A stretch of 63,561 bases of DNA, the filler included, from Corallochytrium limacisporum Hawaii (taxonomy: Eukaryota; Protista; Pluriformea): assembly GCA_002811645.1 (NCBI GenBank). It is 8 parts of 8 records of this genome, joined end to end, with 100 filler letters (N's around TTAATTAATTAA, not from the genome) between each part and the next. Parts side by side here need not be neighbours in the genome. Positions count along the whole stretch, not along the records: positions 19,010 to 34,220 come from PDIP01000177.1; positions 34,321 to 45,836 come from PDIP01000188.1; 6 more parts are not named here. One strand, written 5' to 3'. The notes under the pieces are model-generated. The model was not told the DNA's origin, did no database searches, and worked only from the letters and a program-made list of their open reading frames with translations. The position numbers and the translations under genes are program-made. Every line of letters begins with the position of its first letter. Position 1 is the stretch's first letter. Of this stretch, positions 33,876 to 43,567 are shown piece after piece.

Positions 33876-34193
33876 TGTCACCCGAAGAATTCTCGCAAAC
33901 TGCAGTCATTGTGCATTCATATCCCACTCAATTTTAAATCATGTCCAATCCGAGAGCACCCCGACAATGTTACGGACTAGGACCACTGAGATACCAACAA
34001 CACAAACCCCAGTTTGTACCTCGCCGGGCTTGGACGCTATGAGGAACCCGAGCTCTGAAGTCATCAGATCCCCGCACTCTACCTCTGGATGCATAGATAT
34101 CAGAAGGTAGGAAATCAAAAAAAATACAAGCCGGATCGAAATAGTGTGCTCAATCGGTATACAGACCTCTTTGAAGTGGTAATCACTATCTCC

Positions 34194-34220
34194 TTGGGTA
34201 GGGTTAGGGTTAGGGTTAGG
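34194..34220 (+). repeat. Telomeric (TTAGGG)n at contig end
   Basis: ttggg-taggg-ttaggg-ttaggg-ttagg running into the spacer, with the G-strand oriented towards the end. Confidence 0.85.
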
Positions 34221-34320
34221 NNNNNNNNNNNNNNNNNNNNNNNNNNNNNNNNNNNNNNNNNNNNTTAATTAATTAANNNNNNNNNNNNNNNNNNNNNNNN
34301 NNNNNNNNNNNNNNNNNNNN

Positions 34321-34411
34321 ACGCTTGGGCTAACAATCACGAATTGTGCAAATTTTTGTTGAACACCGGTTTTTCGAAATTCTGCACTTTTTTATTGAAC
34401 AGAGGTTGGTA
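34321..34411 (-). mobile_element. Terminal inverted repeat of related TA-flanked transposon, family C
   Basis: Shares CAGAGGTTGG-TA with family A. Internal 19-bp direct repeats at 34347-34365 and 34383-34401 (16/19 identical). Lies at a contig start. Confidence 0.55.
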
Positions 34412-34920
34412 CTGCAATTGGGGAGGGCCATAGGGACTGAGCCACATTTAGGAGATCCACAAGAAAGTATATTATATTCCAAACGGCCGTAAGTACTGTG
34501 TTCGTAAAATAGGCCCCTCTTTCCATGTGGTGGAGAGACACCGAGACGGTTGGACGGTTCACAGGCGCAGTTGGTAGGTGACCATGGTGGGCTGGTTCCG
34601 GCAGTCAACTCCTTGCTGTTGACCACTTCTCAGTTCAGCTTTTTCATCGATGGAATGTAACTTGAAATTGAACAACTTTATAGCCGTGGACATTGGAGGT
34701 ACTCAAATTGGTAGACGAAGCCGATCAATGAAAGGCTGAGGATAGAGTGCCTGAGCAGTTGTGGATTTGGGTGATAACTTGTTTGGTCGGTTCAGATATC
34801 TCCATTTGGTGGTGCGACATCTTGGCCGGGTAACCAGGTCTCGTGCCTTTAGACAATTTTATGAAAATAGTCATTGTAGCTTAAAGAAACAGTGGGGCGA
34901 ACCGTACATAGCGCAGCGTC

Positions 34921-35538
34921 ATGGTGTTTGCGACAAGGGTAGTAGCAGCGCGGTGGTTCCGTGAAAAGTTCCGCAAGCCTATTCATCGCGGGGGTGATAT
35001 CTACAAACCTGTTGAAGCGTTAGCTAATGCTGATTTAATCAGTAAGAAACCTATGTGGGTGGATATTGTGAAGGCATTGCAGCCTTTACGGGTACCGCGG
35101 GGGAATCCAAAGAAGAGCATTCCTGAGATAAAGTTTCCAGAGGATCCTTTCCGAAAGGCATTTAACAAGCTTAACCCGGGCATCGTGCTGCCGGTCTCTC
35201 TGATCGACGACGAGCGTCGGCCACTGCCCATGCGGGAGGCCTACGTGCAGCACGCCTATCGCAGTTGGCTGCGAGATCTGAAGGGTAGGCTGCCACACGA
35301 TTTGCCCTACAAGGAACTGGCACCGGAGGCATCAAATCTTGAAGCCAGGATCTACATGAAACGGGCCATGGAGGATCTTGGCAGTCCAGACGATATCCTG
35401 GCCCGGGCACGGGCACAGCAGATCCGCAATACCACGACCGCCATGAGCGGAGAAGGGGCCATGAATCTGAACGAACTATTGGGGTTGCTGGAGACTAAGC
35501 AGTCATCCCCAGAGAGTGGCAATCAACCAAAGGAGTGA
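34921..35538 (+). CDS. Mitochondrial small-subunit ribosomal protein mS23 (Rsm25-like)
   Basis: KPMWVDIVKALQP...IPEIKFPEDPFRKAF..LNP matches the mS23 P.W...PP...I.YPED.LR..F pattern. Confidence 0.7.
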   Translation: MVFATRVVAARWFREKFRKPIHRGGDIYKPVEALANADLISKKPMWVDIVKALQPLRVPRGNPKKSIPEIKFPEDPFRKAFNKLNPGIVLPVSLIDDERRPLPMREAYVQHAYRSWLRDLKGRLPHDLPYKELAPEASNLEARIYMKRAMEDLGSPDDILARARAQQIRNTTTAMSGEGAMNLNELLGLLETKQSSPESGNQPKE

Positions 35539-35629
35539 AGTTTTAGTCCACATTTGATCAGTTCCATTAGATCCATTTATGTCCATTTTTCACAATATAG
35601 CTCTAGAAGTTTACAGAAATTTGGGAGGG

Positions 35630-37312
35630 TTACGCAATGTCTGTGTCCCTGAGATCCTCAGAGGGAAGAGTGCCATACACGTACGTGTCCTTCCGTTTGC
35701 CGCCAAGCAGACTGATCACTACATCAGCCAGTTTCTCGTAATCCTTGCGCACATTGTAGATGTAGAACGAGACCCGGACAAAGAGTTTGCCTTCTATCGT
35801 CTTCACTGCACATTCAACGCCGTGGGAATAGAGTAGCTCCTGTGCGTCAGCTTCTACGGTGTCCGGCTTCAGGAGGACTTCTTGACCCGCGACGTTGGCG
35901 CTGGAGTGACCCGGCAGTCTCGTGGGCAAACGCACACAGTTCATAGCACTCCACGCACGCTCACGCTGATCACTTTCTCCGGGATGCAGCAGAATGTCCG
36001 TACCCCATGTGTTTGCCAGCGCCTGACTCTCCTTGTAGCAGCATTCCTGCAGGAAAACAGGTAGACGAATGCCCATTCGGCTCTCGAACATCCGCCAAAA
36101 GTCGAGGACCAGTGGCAGGGTTAAGAGTGGACCGTAATCACGCGTACCAGCCCACAAAAATGCACTAGCGAGGCCCATGTCGTAGCCGTGTGAGATGACT
36201 TGTGGGCGAATTTGGAATTTTAGCTGATCACGCACATACATAAAGGCTGCGCCCTTCGGAGTACACACCCACTTATGAAAGTTACCAATGTAGATGTCCG
36301 CATCGGAGGCATCCATGAAAGTTGATTCAGATTGGGAGACCTTTTCAATTGGAGACCATTCCTTGGGCGTCCAACGTGGATCCTTGACTTCCAGATCCTG
36401 GGATGTGCTAAAGCTCAAAGCAGTGCTGCCAGGCCCATGTGCACCATCCACAAGCACAATGGCGTCCTTCTGGTCAAACCGTTGGCGGACCAGTCGGATC
36501 ATTTGGAAAATGGGTAATCGCATGCCTTGGACACTGGTTATGTGGTCGACGACGAGTATCATCTTCTTGTGGCCTTCCCGGTTGATCTGGTCGATTGTTG
36601 CTTCCAGACTTCTAACCATAGCATCCTCCACGCATGGTAGACCAGGATTGGCCACAAAGTCCCGGCGTGTCTGCGTCCACTGCGTAGTCTTCACCACGAA
36701 GAGTTTCACTTCCCGCCCGCCGTCAGTGGCTTCGGTAACGGCTTGCTTTACCATCTTCTTCACACTGCCATACGCACAGTCCAGCATGACCACTGCGGTA
36801 GGCTCTTTCTGGCCTGCAAAGCAGCTCTGCCTGACCACGAGCGAGTGGATTGCGGCACTGAGTAGGGTTGTGGCATTTTCGGACATGGTAATTTGTTCAG
36901 GCCCACATGAATATTTTTTGGTAAGTCTGCGGAGCACATCCGCGAGCATTGGCAGCAGTTCGCGGTCCATGAATCGCAGCGGCTGTGCGTCCTGCCGCTC
37001 CTGCACGCGCCATGCAAATTCACGCGCGATCCGTAGAGTCCCTCCAAAGGCCCCATGATTGACAAAACCATAGTCCTCCCAATCAAGGCAGAACAGGGTC
37101 TTGCGCCAGTGATAGTACGTGCCTTTCACAACGTCGTCGTGAGCAAGTGTTTGTTGCGGGATCTCGATCTTGGCCTTCTCAAGCAGATCATCCCAGTGCA
37201 GGCTCCAAGGGCTCTCAAGCTGCCCGTATTCACTATCATCGAGTGAGATCAGGTACTCAATGCTTCTTCCAAAGAAGGATCCGAAAACATCGTTCTTCGG
37301 AGACTGGGCCAT
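35630..37312 (-). CDS. Class-V PLP enzyme: hercynylcysteine sulfoxide lyase (Egt2)/L-cysteine desulfhydrase/isopenicillin N epimerase family
   Basis: FVNHGAFG, NATT, DHITS, LVDGAH, GNFHKWVCTPKG (PLP lysine) and WAGTRD motifs. First in-frame ATG at 37312. Confidence 0.88.
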   Translation of the reverse strand: MAQSPKNDVFGSFFGRSIEYLISLDDSEYGQLESPWSLHWDDLLEKAKIEIPQQTLAHDDVVKGTYYHWRKTLFCLDWEDYGFVNHGAFGGTLRIAREFAWRVQERQDAQPLRFMDRELLPMLADVLRRLTKKYSCGPEQITMSENATTLLSAAIHSLVVRQSCFAGQKEPTAVVMLDCAYGSVKKMVKQAVTEATDGGREVKLFVVKTTQWTQTRRDFVANPGLPCVEDAMVRSLEATIDQINREGHKKMILVVDHITSVQGMRLPIFQMIRLVRQRFDQKDAIVLVDGAHGPGSTALSFSTSQDLEVKDPRWTPKEWSPIEKVSQSESTFMDASDADIYIGNFHKWVCTPKGAAFMYVRDQLKFQIRPQVISHGYDMGLASAFLWAGTRDYGPLLTLPLVLDFWRMFESRMGIRLPVFLQECCYKESQALANTWGTDILLHPGESDQRERAWSAMNCVRLPTRLPGHSSANVAGQEVLLKPDTVEADAQELLYSHGVECAVKTIEGKLFVRVSFYIYNVRKDYEKLADVVISLLGGKRKDTYVYGTLPSEDLRDTDIA

Positions 37313-38060
37313 CCTTGAATTTAGGGTCGGTACGTACGGATCCGGACGGGTTGTTCGGTTCACAAGCTCCAGCAAAGACCCATGTAGCTGCCAACCGCTC
37401 TCGTTGGCCAATCTTCATCCAGTTCCGCAGCTAAGACAAAGACACTATGATGCGGAGAGAGGTGAACAAAGTCACCGTACCTCTGGAATAGCTTGGCCCC
37501 CGAAGGTGTGTGTATCACGGGCGTGCCCAGTGTTTCGCCAATTGGGTCCGCTTCGTGCGAGAAAGCGGAGAGGGGGAAGAGAAGGGCCCCCCCCCCCCCG
37601 GGGGGCGGGGGGCAAGGGACTCGGGAGAAACTCCGGGCGAGGAGGGGGTGGCTAGTCTCATCCGCTGGTGTCAGTGGACCTCACCGGAAAGGGCCCGTTG
37701 GCCGGGACCGGCGGGCGGCAAGAACGCAACGGGTTGGCATCGCAGGCGTGTACCGTGGAGTACCAAGGGATGACAGAAGTACTTTGGGTCGATTCGTGGA
37801 TGGCACAAAGGTACATATTATTCTATGATCAGTTTCAATCAGCTTTGCCAGGCATTACGATCGCAGCATGTGCCAACATTGTGACAGCGTCCACGCTTTC
37901 GGCGAAGGTGTCCTTCACGGAATTGTGTGAAACAGTGTGTGCATGAATACCATAGAGGAGAAAAGGAACCATGTGGAGTAAGCGATAGCTTTCGGGGTTT
38001 ACTTACGGACTCCACCTGTCCGGAATTGAAAGAATTAGATCTGAAGTCCAAGCAGGCAAA

Positions 38061-40781
38061 ATGTTAAAGTTTCGTAAACTGAGCTGGTCTCGGGACGTGC
38101 GTCAGGGTGCACAAGATGGACAACAACAGAACACGGACGGCGGTCAGCACGATGCAGAGCTGGTGCCCGACATCATGGAGAACAAGGACCAAGATTCTAC
38201 TGTGGAAGAAAACATAGAGTTGACAGAGCAACGGACCTTGGACGACAAGAGCGGTAAGTCCAGTCCGGAACTGCGACTTATTGGCGCGTCGGACACAGAC
38301 AATGATTTGGGCCCAAAACGTGACAGTGGGGACTGGGAAATTAGTACTGAGGACGCACAGACAAGCGGGGGGATTTCTATTCAAAGAGTACCGACTGCGG
38401 GACATCGGCCCAAACCACTTGAGCGGCACGCCTCTGCAAACGCCGCAGAGGACCCTGGGCAAGTAATTATCCCCGGCCAGGGTCCTTCACGACTCGGTCC
38501 AAAGAGCAGCCTGACCCAGAGTGCTCCGGCTGGCGTCACAGGCTCTGGTAGTGGTACGGCCATGCACCGCACTAATACGAGCAGCTCGTCAATTTCGAAG
38601 ATGGCTGAAACAATCCGCCAGATGGACACTGGTTGGGACCGGAACGACGCCGCCATGGCCTTTCTCTCGAAACTGACACTGCGTGGTATGGTCCGGGAAG
38701 CGGGTGGCGACATAGATACCGCGATGGGGGGCGCTGCTGGCATTGGCTCTGACGGCCGGACCGCATCGCCACGTGTGGATGAAAAAGCAGCTGATGTGGC
38801 CGTGCCAATGGAGGATGACAAGAGAGCCGCCGACGATGCGCTGGCGCTGGCTCGGGATACGAGCCTCAGTTCACAGGAGGGACCAGGCGTAGCAGCCGGG
38901 GCTGCAATCGCGGCTGTGGCCTCCTCTGAGGAGGCATCGGGAGCCGAGTTGGACGCAGATCAGCGGCCCAAGTCAACTGCTACACCGTTCGACCATCCAC
39001 AGCTGCTGCGGAGACACTTGCGCACGCGAAGAAAACATTTGCACGGAGCAACAATCATGATGCACACTTTCCGAAACAAAGGTGACGGCTTTAATGCTGT
39101 CAAACTCAAAAACAATGGCGCAATTGACCAGGCCAGTGCGACCGGCCAGGCCGGTGTGTCAGCATCAGAGGCCGTAATGCGCGCTGATGTTGGTGCTGAG
39201 TCCGGAGATGCTCCAATCAAAATGGCCACCGGGTTTGGCGTCCCTGTCGCGCTCTTCTCCATCGTCGCTTCGTCCTATGGCGGCGGGCGGAACCGCGGAG
39301 CAGACGCACGGCAGACTCCTGCCAAGCGTCGCACGACCGTGGACGACTACGACGGTGACTATCCCCAGAGTGAGCGCCATGCGCGGGCCTATGGAACGGC
39401 TACGAAGTCACCAAAGTTGCGGCCCGCACCCTCCGGCACTATCGACGTAGACTCTGAGTATGAGCCATACCACTCGGGTGGGATCCCTACGAATATTCGC
39501 AGCCAAAGCTTGCTTTCACTTGGTGCCCCCGCCACGCAGGGCCCGTCAGGCTCAACCATCATCCCAGTGGGTGCAGCCGGCGATGATGGGGAGCTCGGAA
39601 CGTTGGCCAAGACTCCTGGTGGTGCCCAGGTCATCGTCGAGGGCACGACTTACATTGTCGATTCTAGCTCTATCATTCCCACCGGACTACCGTCTGGACC
39701 GACTGAGAAGTCCTACAAGAATCTTCTTGGGCCCTTGCGCATCGCCACCGCAGCGGACTGTGCGTCCGGTGTTGGCGGTGGTGCAGGCTCTCTCACGGGT
39801 ACGGAAGGCGGTGGTGTTGTTTCACAGACGCCCCTCTCCGTGTCCGAGGCGCGTGTCACGCCGCGCTTGACACCGGTCAGCGCAGCCATCCTCGATCTGG
39901 ATGGAGGTGGAGCGCTGTTACCTTCATCCATGACTGCCGCCACAACGACGCCGATATCCGCGGCAGGGAAACAGCACAGGCGTCGTTCGAGTGAACACCG
40001 CATAAGTGCATCCGACGAGGCTGGTGCACGAGGAGCGAAGCTTGCAGGCGATGAAGTGATCACCAGTCAGCTCGAACACGCCATGGCAGATGACCACACC
40101 GATGATGAGGAGTCCTCTGAAAGTCCGCTGCACACCACACCCGGCCGGGAACCAACACAGCAGCAGCAGCAGCAGACTGTGATTGTTGACCCGGCTATGA
40201 ACGAGGAGCCGACAATGCCCCTTCTCGACGACCCAGAGCTCGGCGCCGGCAAGCACCGCATCGTCCTCACGTTGCCGTCCTACAATGTTTCGATTCTGCA
40301 GTATGTCAAGGCAAGCGAACTAAAGCGTGATCTGAACGAGCAATTCAAAGAACGGTACCCGCAGATTCTGATTACCTTCTCCAAGATGCGCAGTCTGAAG
40401 CGGGTGATGCTCGAATGTGCCCTACAGGCGCAATTGGAGATGAGCACGGTCGGTCTAGCGTACACATATTTTGAGAGACTGGTATTGCAGCAGCAGGTCG
40501 TAAAGCGCAATCGCAAACCCGTGGCTGCAGGCTGTCTGCTGCTCGCGGCGAAGTTTAGCGATCCCAAGTGCAATCACTTAGATAGTCTGCTCGAGATCAT
40601 GGACAAGGAGTTTAACATTGAAAAGGAATCCATTCTCTGGCACGAATTTGACATTTTCGCGGCTCTGGACTTTGACCTCCGTGCGGCTGTTGGGGACTAT
40701 ATGCCGCGTCTGAATCGTTTGCTGGCCGATCTCGAGTATTCGGAGCCCTTGTACACCATGTTAGAAAACGGCACCTTATGA
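38061..40781 (+). CDS. CABLES: CABLES-like cyclin-fold protein
   Basis: LLDDPELGAGKHRIVLTLPSY...ELKRDLNEQFKERYP...TFSKMRSLKR...AYTYFERL...NRKPVAAGCLLLAAKF, with AAMAFLSKL near the N-terminus. Confidence 0.9.
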   Translation: MLKFRKLSWSRDVRQGAQDGQQQNTDGGQHDAELVPDIMENKDQDSTVEENIELTEQRTLDDKSGKSSPELRLIGASDTDNDLGPKRDSGDWEISTEDAQTSGGISIQRVPTAGHRPKPLERHASANAAEDPGQVIIPGQGPSRLGPKSSLTQSAPAGVTGSGSGTAMHRTNTSSSSISKMAETIRQMDTGWDRNDAAMAFLSKLTLRGMVREAGGDIDTAMGGAAGIGSDGRTASPRVDEKAADVAVPMEDDKRAADDALALARDTSLSSQEGPGVAAGAAIAAVASSEEASGAELDADQRPKSTATPFDHPQLLRRHLRTRRKHLHGATIMMHTFRNKGDGFNAVKLKNNGAIDQASATGQAGVSASEAVMRADVGAESGDAPIKMATGFGVPVALFSIVASSYGGGRNRGADARQTPAKRRTTVDDYDGDYPQSERHARAYGTATKSPKLRPAPSGTIDVDSEYEPYHSGGIPTNIRSQSLLSLGAPATQGPSGSTIIPVGAAGDDGELGTLAKTPGGAQVIVEGTTYIVDSSSIIPTGLPSGPTEKSYKNLLGPLRIATAADCASGVGGGAGSLTGTEGGGVVSQTPLSVSEARVTPRLTPVSAAILDLDGGGALLPSSMTAATTTPISAAGKQHRRRSSEHRISASDEAGARGAKLAGDEVITSQLEHAMADDHTDDEESSESPLHTTPGREPTQQQQQQTVIVDPAMNEEPTMPLLDDPELGAGKHRIVLTLPSYNVSILQYVKASELKRDLNEQFKERYPQILITFSKMRSLKRVMLECALQAQLEMSTVGLAYTYFERLVLQQQVVKRNRKPVAAGCLLLAAKFSDPKCNHLDSLLEIMDKEFNIEKESILWHEFDIFAALDFDLRAAVGDYMPRLNRLLADLEYSEPLYTMLENGTL

Positions 40782-40921
40782 AGATAAAGTATTTGTATAA
40801 AAGATAAAGAGTTGAAGGTATGGATTAGATATCAGCTTTCTCTAGAATTTAATTGTAATATGATACAACATGGGTGTGGGAACTGAAGCTCAAAGAGGAG
40901 TGAATGAGTTGTAAATGGGCA

Positions 40922-43567
40922 TCACTTGGCATACTTGTACGACTCCCAGAGCAGTTTGATAGTCTTCTGCATCATGTGGTCACTGATGATGGAATCGGTG
41001 ATCCACATCCGATTCAGCATTGCTGGTTCGGTGCGGTAGATGCCAGTTGCAGTATTGTTGTCCGCAAAGTCCTCGTCTGCGCGCCACTTGCGCTTGGGCA
41101 ACTTCTGCTGCTCCTTCTCGTAACCGGCCTCCGTGGACGCGAAGTCGCTGAACAGCGACGCCGAGTCGCTGTCGTTCTCCTCATCAGGGTGGGTGTCCAT
41201 CATGGCATCGTTGTTCATCATATCGTTCGCGCCTGTGATAGAGTTCTCGTAGCTCATGGTATTCTCGTGTTTGAGGAAGAATAGGGTACCAGGCACGCTG
41301 GTGTCCCACATTGGACGCACCGCGGGTGCCTCGAGCGTGCGAGTGGCGGCACTATCGGCTTCCTCGTCCTCCACTACGTGACGACCATGCCTTATCAATT
41401 CGGGTGCCTCATCCGTCACGGCCTTATCCCGCATTTCCTCGGCAATCGCACGTTCCTCGTCCACAAGCTTCTGGCCCCTAATGTTCTGCTTCTCATTGCT
41501 GTGGTCATCCTTGGACGAAGACAACGGGGTTGTTCTCAATGATCCCACAACCGTTCCTACAGCATTGCCCACTGAAGAGATCGGTACATACGGCTCCACA
41601 GCGTCGGCGATGTATTTGCCACTGTTCACAACATAGCCCGCACCGCTGGCAACCAGCTCTCCGGCACCAACCGCGGCCGAGCCTACCGTAGCAGCCGCGG
41701 ACCCAACCGTCGAAACCGCTCGGCCCGCGCTTTCGCAGTACGAGCCCAGCGAGCGCAGAACCGAGTGAGCCAGCGCGTCGTTGAGACCGATTGATTTGAG
41801 ATAGCGCCATTGATCTTCAGTTTGAAGGTTGCGTAGCAGTCGCACGACACTCTGCTCCAGGCTCTGAGTGAGATAGACCGAATCCCAAGACAACATTAGG
41901 CGAGTAGTGGCAGTGTGCGCGCGGTTCAGGTTTTCGGAGTGATCGTGGTTGGACACGTTCAGCAGCGGTCTGCCGCCCAGGGAGCCAGGCCTACGGTCCG
42001 GTTCGCCACCATTGTATACACAAACGGAACCGCCCGGAACGGGTGTAGGAGGCTCGGCAGTGAACTCCACATCACTGTCAACCCCACTGTCCGTGCTTGC
42101 CTCGGCAGCCAGAGTCATCTGCTCCTCTTCTGCCAGTGCCCGCCGCCCCTCTTCTGCCTGTGCCGATTCCAACTGGGCGGCCGCGTCAGCCTGTCTCAGC
42201 TCCGTGAGCAGGGCGTCAATGTTCCGCAAATTCAGCCGTGGCACACAGTCATCACCGTTTACAACACTGGTGACCGAACCGTCCATTGCGCGAGCCAGCT
42301 CTTGACTAAAACACGCAGGCGGAGCAAAGACAGTACACTTAATTCCGTGCGCCACGCCACCGCAGCGCTGCATGAGGTCTTCGTATTCCATGTGGTCAGT
42401 CGTGCTGCCCTCGCTACCCCTCTGGTCGTCCCTCCGTACTGCCCGCGGTGCAAAGTCCTGGCGTAGCATGCCAGCCAGGCAGGCTGCGACGCCGCCGCCC
42501 ATTGAATGGCCCACAATCGTCAGAGTGTACGGCCTCGGCAGCTCACGGCTGCGGCCGTGACCAGGAATCGGTTGTGCCATACGGGTCATTTCCTGCGCTT
42601 CGTGGCGCCGAACTTCGCGCATGACGTCGATAATTTCGTCCCGAACGACACTGTGAATGGCCTGCGCTGCGATCCAAATGCCGCGATGCACATATCCACG
42701 TGTGCCGAAGAGTTCAACTTCGACCACCGAGGCAGTTAGGTTTGTCACAACGTCCGCAACCGAACGCGTGCCGCTGATGCTGAGCACAATCGTCCGTTTT
42801 GTGCGATCCACCGCAAGAAAGTAACCAGGACGATGAGGCTTTGGAAGCGTGATTCCTTGAAGCAAATCATCCGGACGGATCATAGTCCGGGGGAAAAGAT
42901 AGTTTGTGGACTGACGATATGCAGCCTCTGCATAGTGCGCTTGGTCGATCAGTTCGCGCAGGAACCGGCGGTTCGAGATCGGACCGTCGAGGAGGTAGCT
43001 CGGGTGTACGCGCTCTAGGCCGTCGTGGATCTTGCGCGTGCTAAATAGACTGCGCAGGATAAGCAAAACATCCCCCGTGCCGATCGGTCCCGAAGTGAGA
43101 GTAGTCTTGCTGATCACATCCTTGATCGCTTCTGCCACCAGCAGGTACGGCGAGATCGATGCTCGCCATTCCCTTTCGAAGCCTTCCCGATACGCCGTCA
43201 GGGTGCTCAGCAGTTTCTCGCTCAGAAAAGATCCCAGATACTGGTCCAGTCCCGAAGTTGTTGAAGTCGAGGCACCCTGGGCCTTGTGGTTGACCTGGTC
43301 CTCTGCAACCTGTGCAGAGCCATCGAGGACTTGCCGGTTGTCGTACACTGCCTGTCCTTTGATCTGCTTTTCCGATTCCACGTACTGCTCATCCAAGGAT
43401 CGACGTCCGAGCAGTACAGAGATCAAAAAAGATCGCTGTGCGCTATAAACACCGATCTGTGCAGTCGCTGCTGTGTGATTGAAAGAGCGAAGTACGGACC
43501 CTGTCCGCAGGTAGACGCCTGCTAGTGGCGCAAGCCTACGTGTCGATCTGTTCAGAAAGACACTCAT
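40922..43567 (-). CDS. Lipase class 3 (DAG-lipase-like) with probable mitochondrial presequence
   Basis: IVLSISGT, VHRGI, IVGHSMGGGVA (nucleophile elbow), FAPP, VVNGDDCVPRL and a C-terminal DH. ATG at 43567. Confidence 0.9.
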   Translation of the reverse strand: MSVFLNRSTRRLAPLAGVYLRTGSVLRSFNHTAATAQIGVYSAQRSFLISVLLGRRSLDEQYVESEKQIKGQAVYDNRQVLDGSAQVAEDQVNHKAQGASTSTTSGLDQYLGSFLSEKLLSTLTAYREGFEREWRASISPYLLVAEAIKDVISKTTLTSGPIGTGDVLLILRSLFSTRKIHDGLERVHPSYLLDGPISNRRFLRELIDQAHYAEAAYRQSTNYLFPRTMIRPDDLLQGITLPKPHRPGYFLAVDRTKRTIVLSISGTRSVADVVTNLTASVVEVELFGTRGYVHRGIWIAAQAIHSVVRDEIIDVMREVRRHEAQEMTRMAQPIPGHGRSRELPRPYTLTIVGHSMGGGVAACLAGMLRQDFAPRAVRRDDQRGSEGSTTDHMEYEDLMQRCGGVAHGIKCTVFAPPACFSQELARAMDGSVTSVVNGDDCVPRLNLRNIDALLTELRQADAAAQLESAQAEEGRRALAEEEQMTLAAEASTDSGVDSDVEFTAEPPTPVPGGSVCVYNGGEPDRRPGSLGGRPLLNVSNHDHSENLNRAHTATTRLMLSWDSVYLTQSLEQSVVRLLRNLQTEDQWRYLKSIGLNDALAHSVLRSLGSYCESAGRAVSTVGSAAATVGSAAVGAGELVASGAGYVVNSGKYIADAVEPYVPISSVGNAVGTVVGSLRTTPLSSSKDDHSNEKQNIRGQKLVDEERAIAEEMRDKAVTDEAPELIRHGRHVVEDEEADSAATRTLEAPAVRPMWDTSVPGTLFFLKHENTMSYENSITGANDMMNNDAMMDTHPDEENDSDSASLFSDFASTEAGYEKEQQKLPKRKWRADEDFADNNTATGIYRTEPAMLNRMWITDSIISDHMMQKTIKLLWESYKYAK

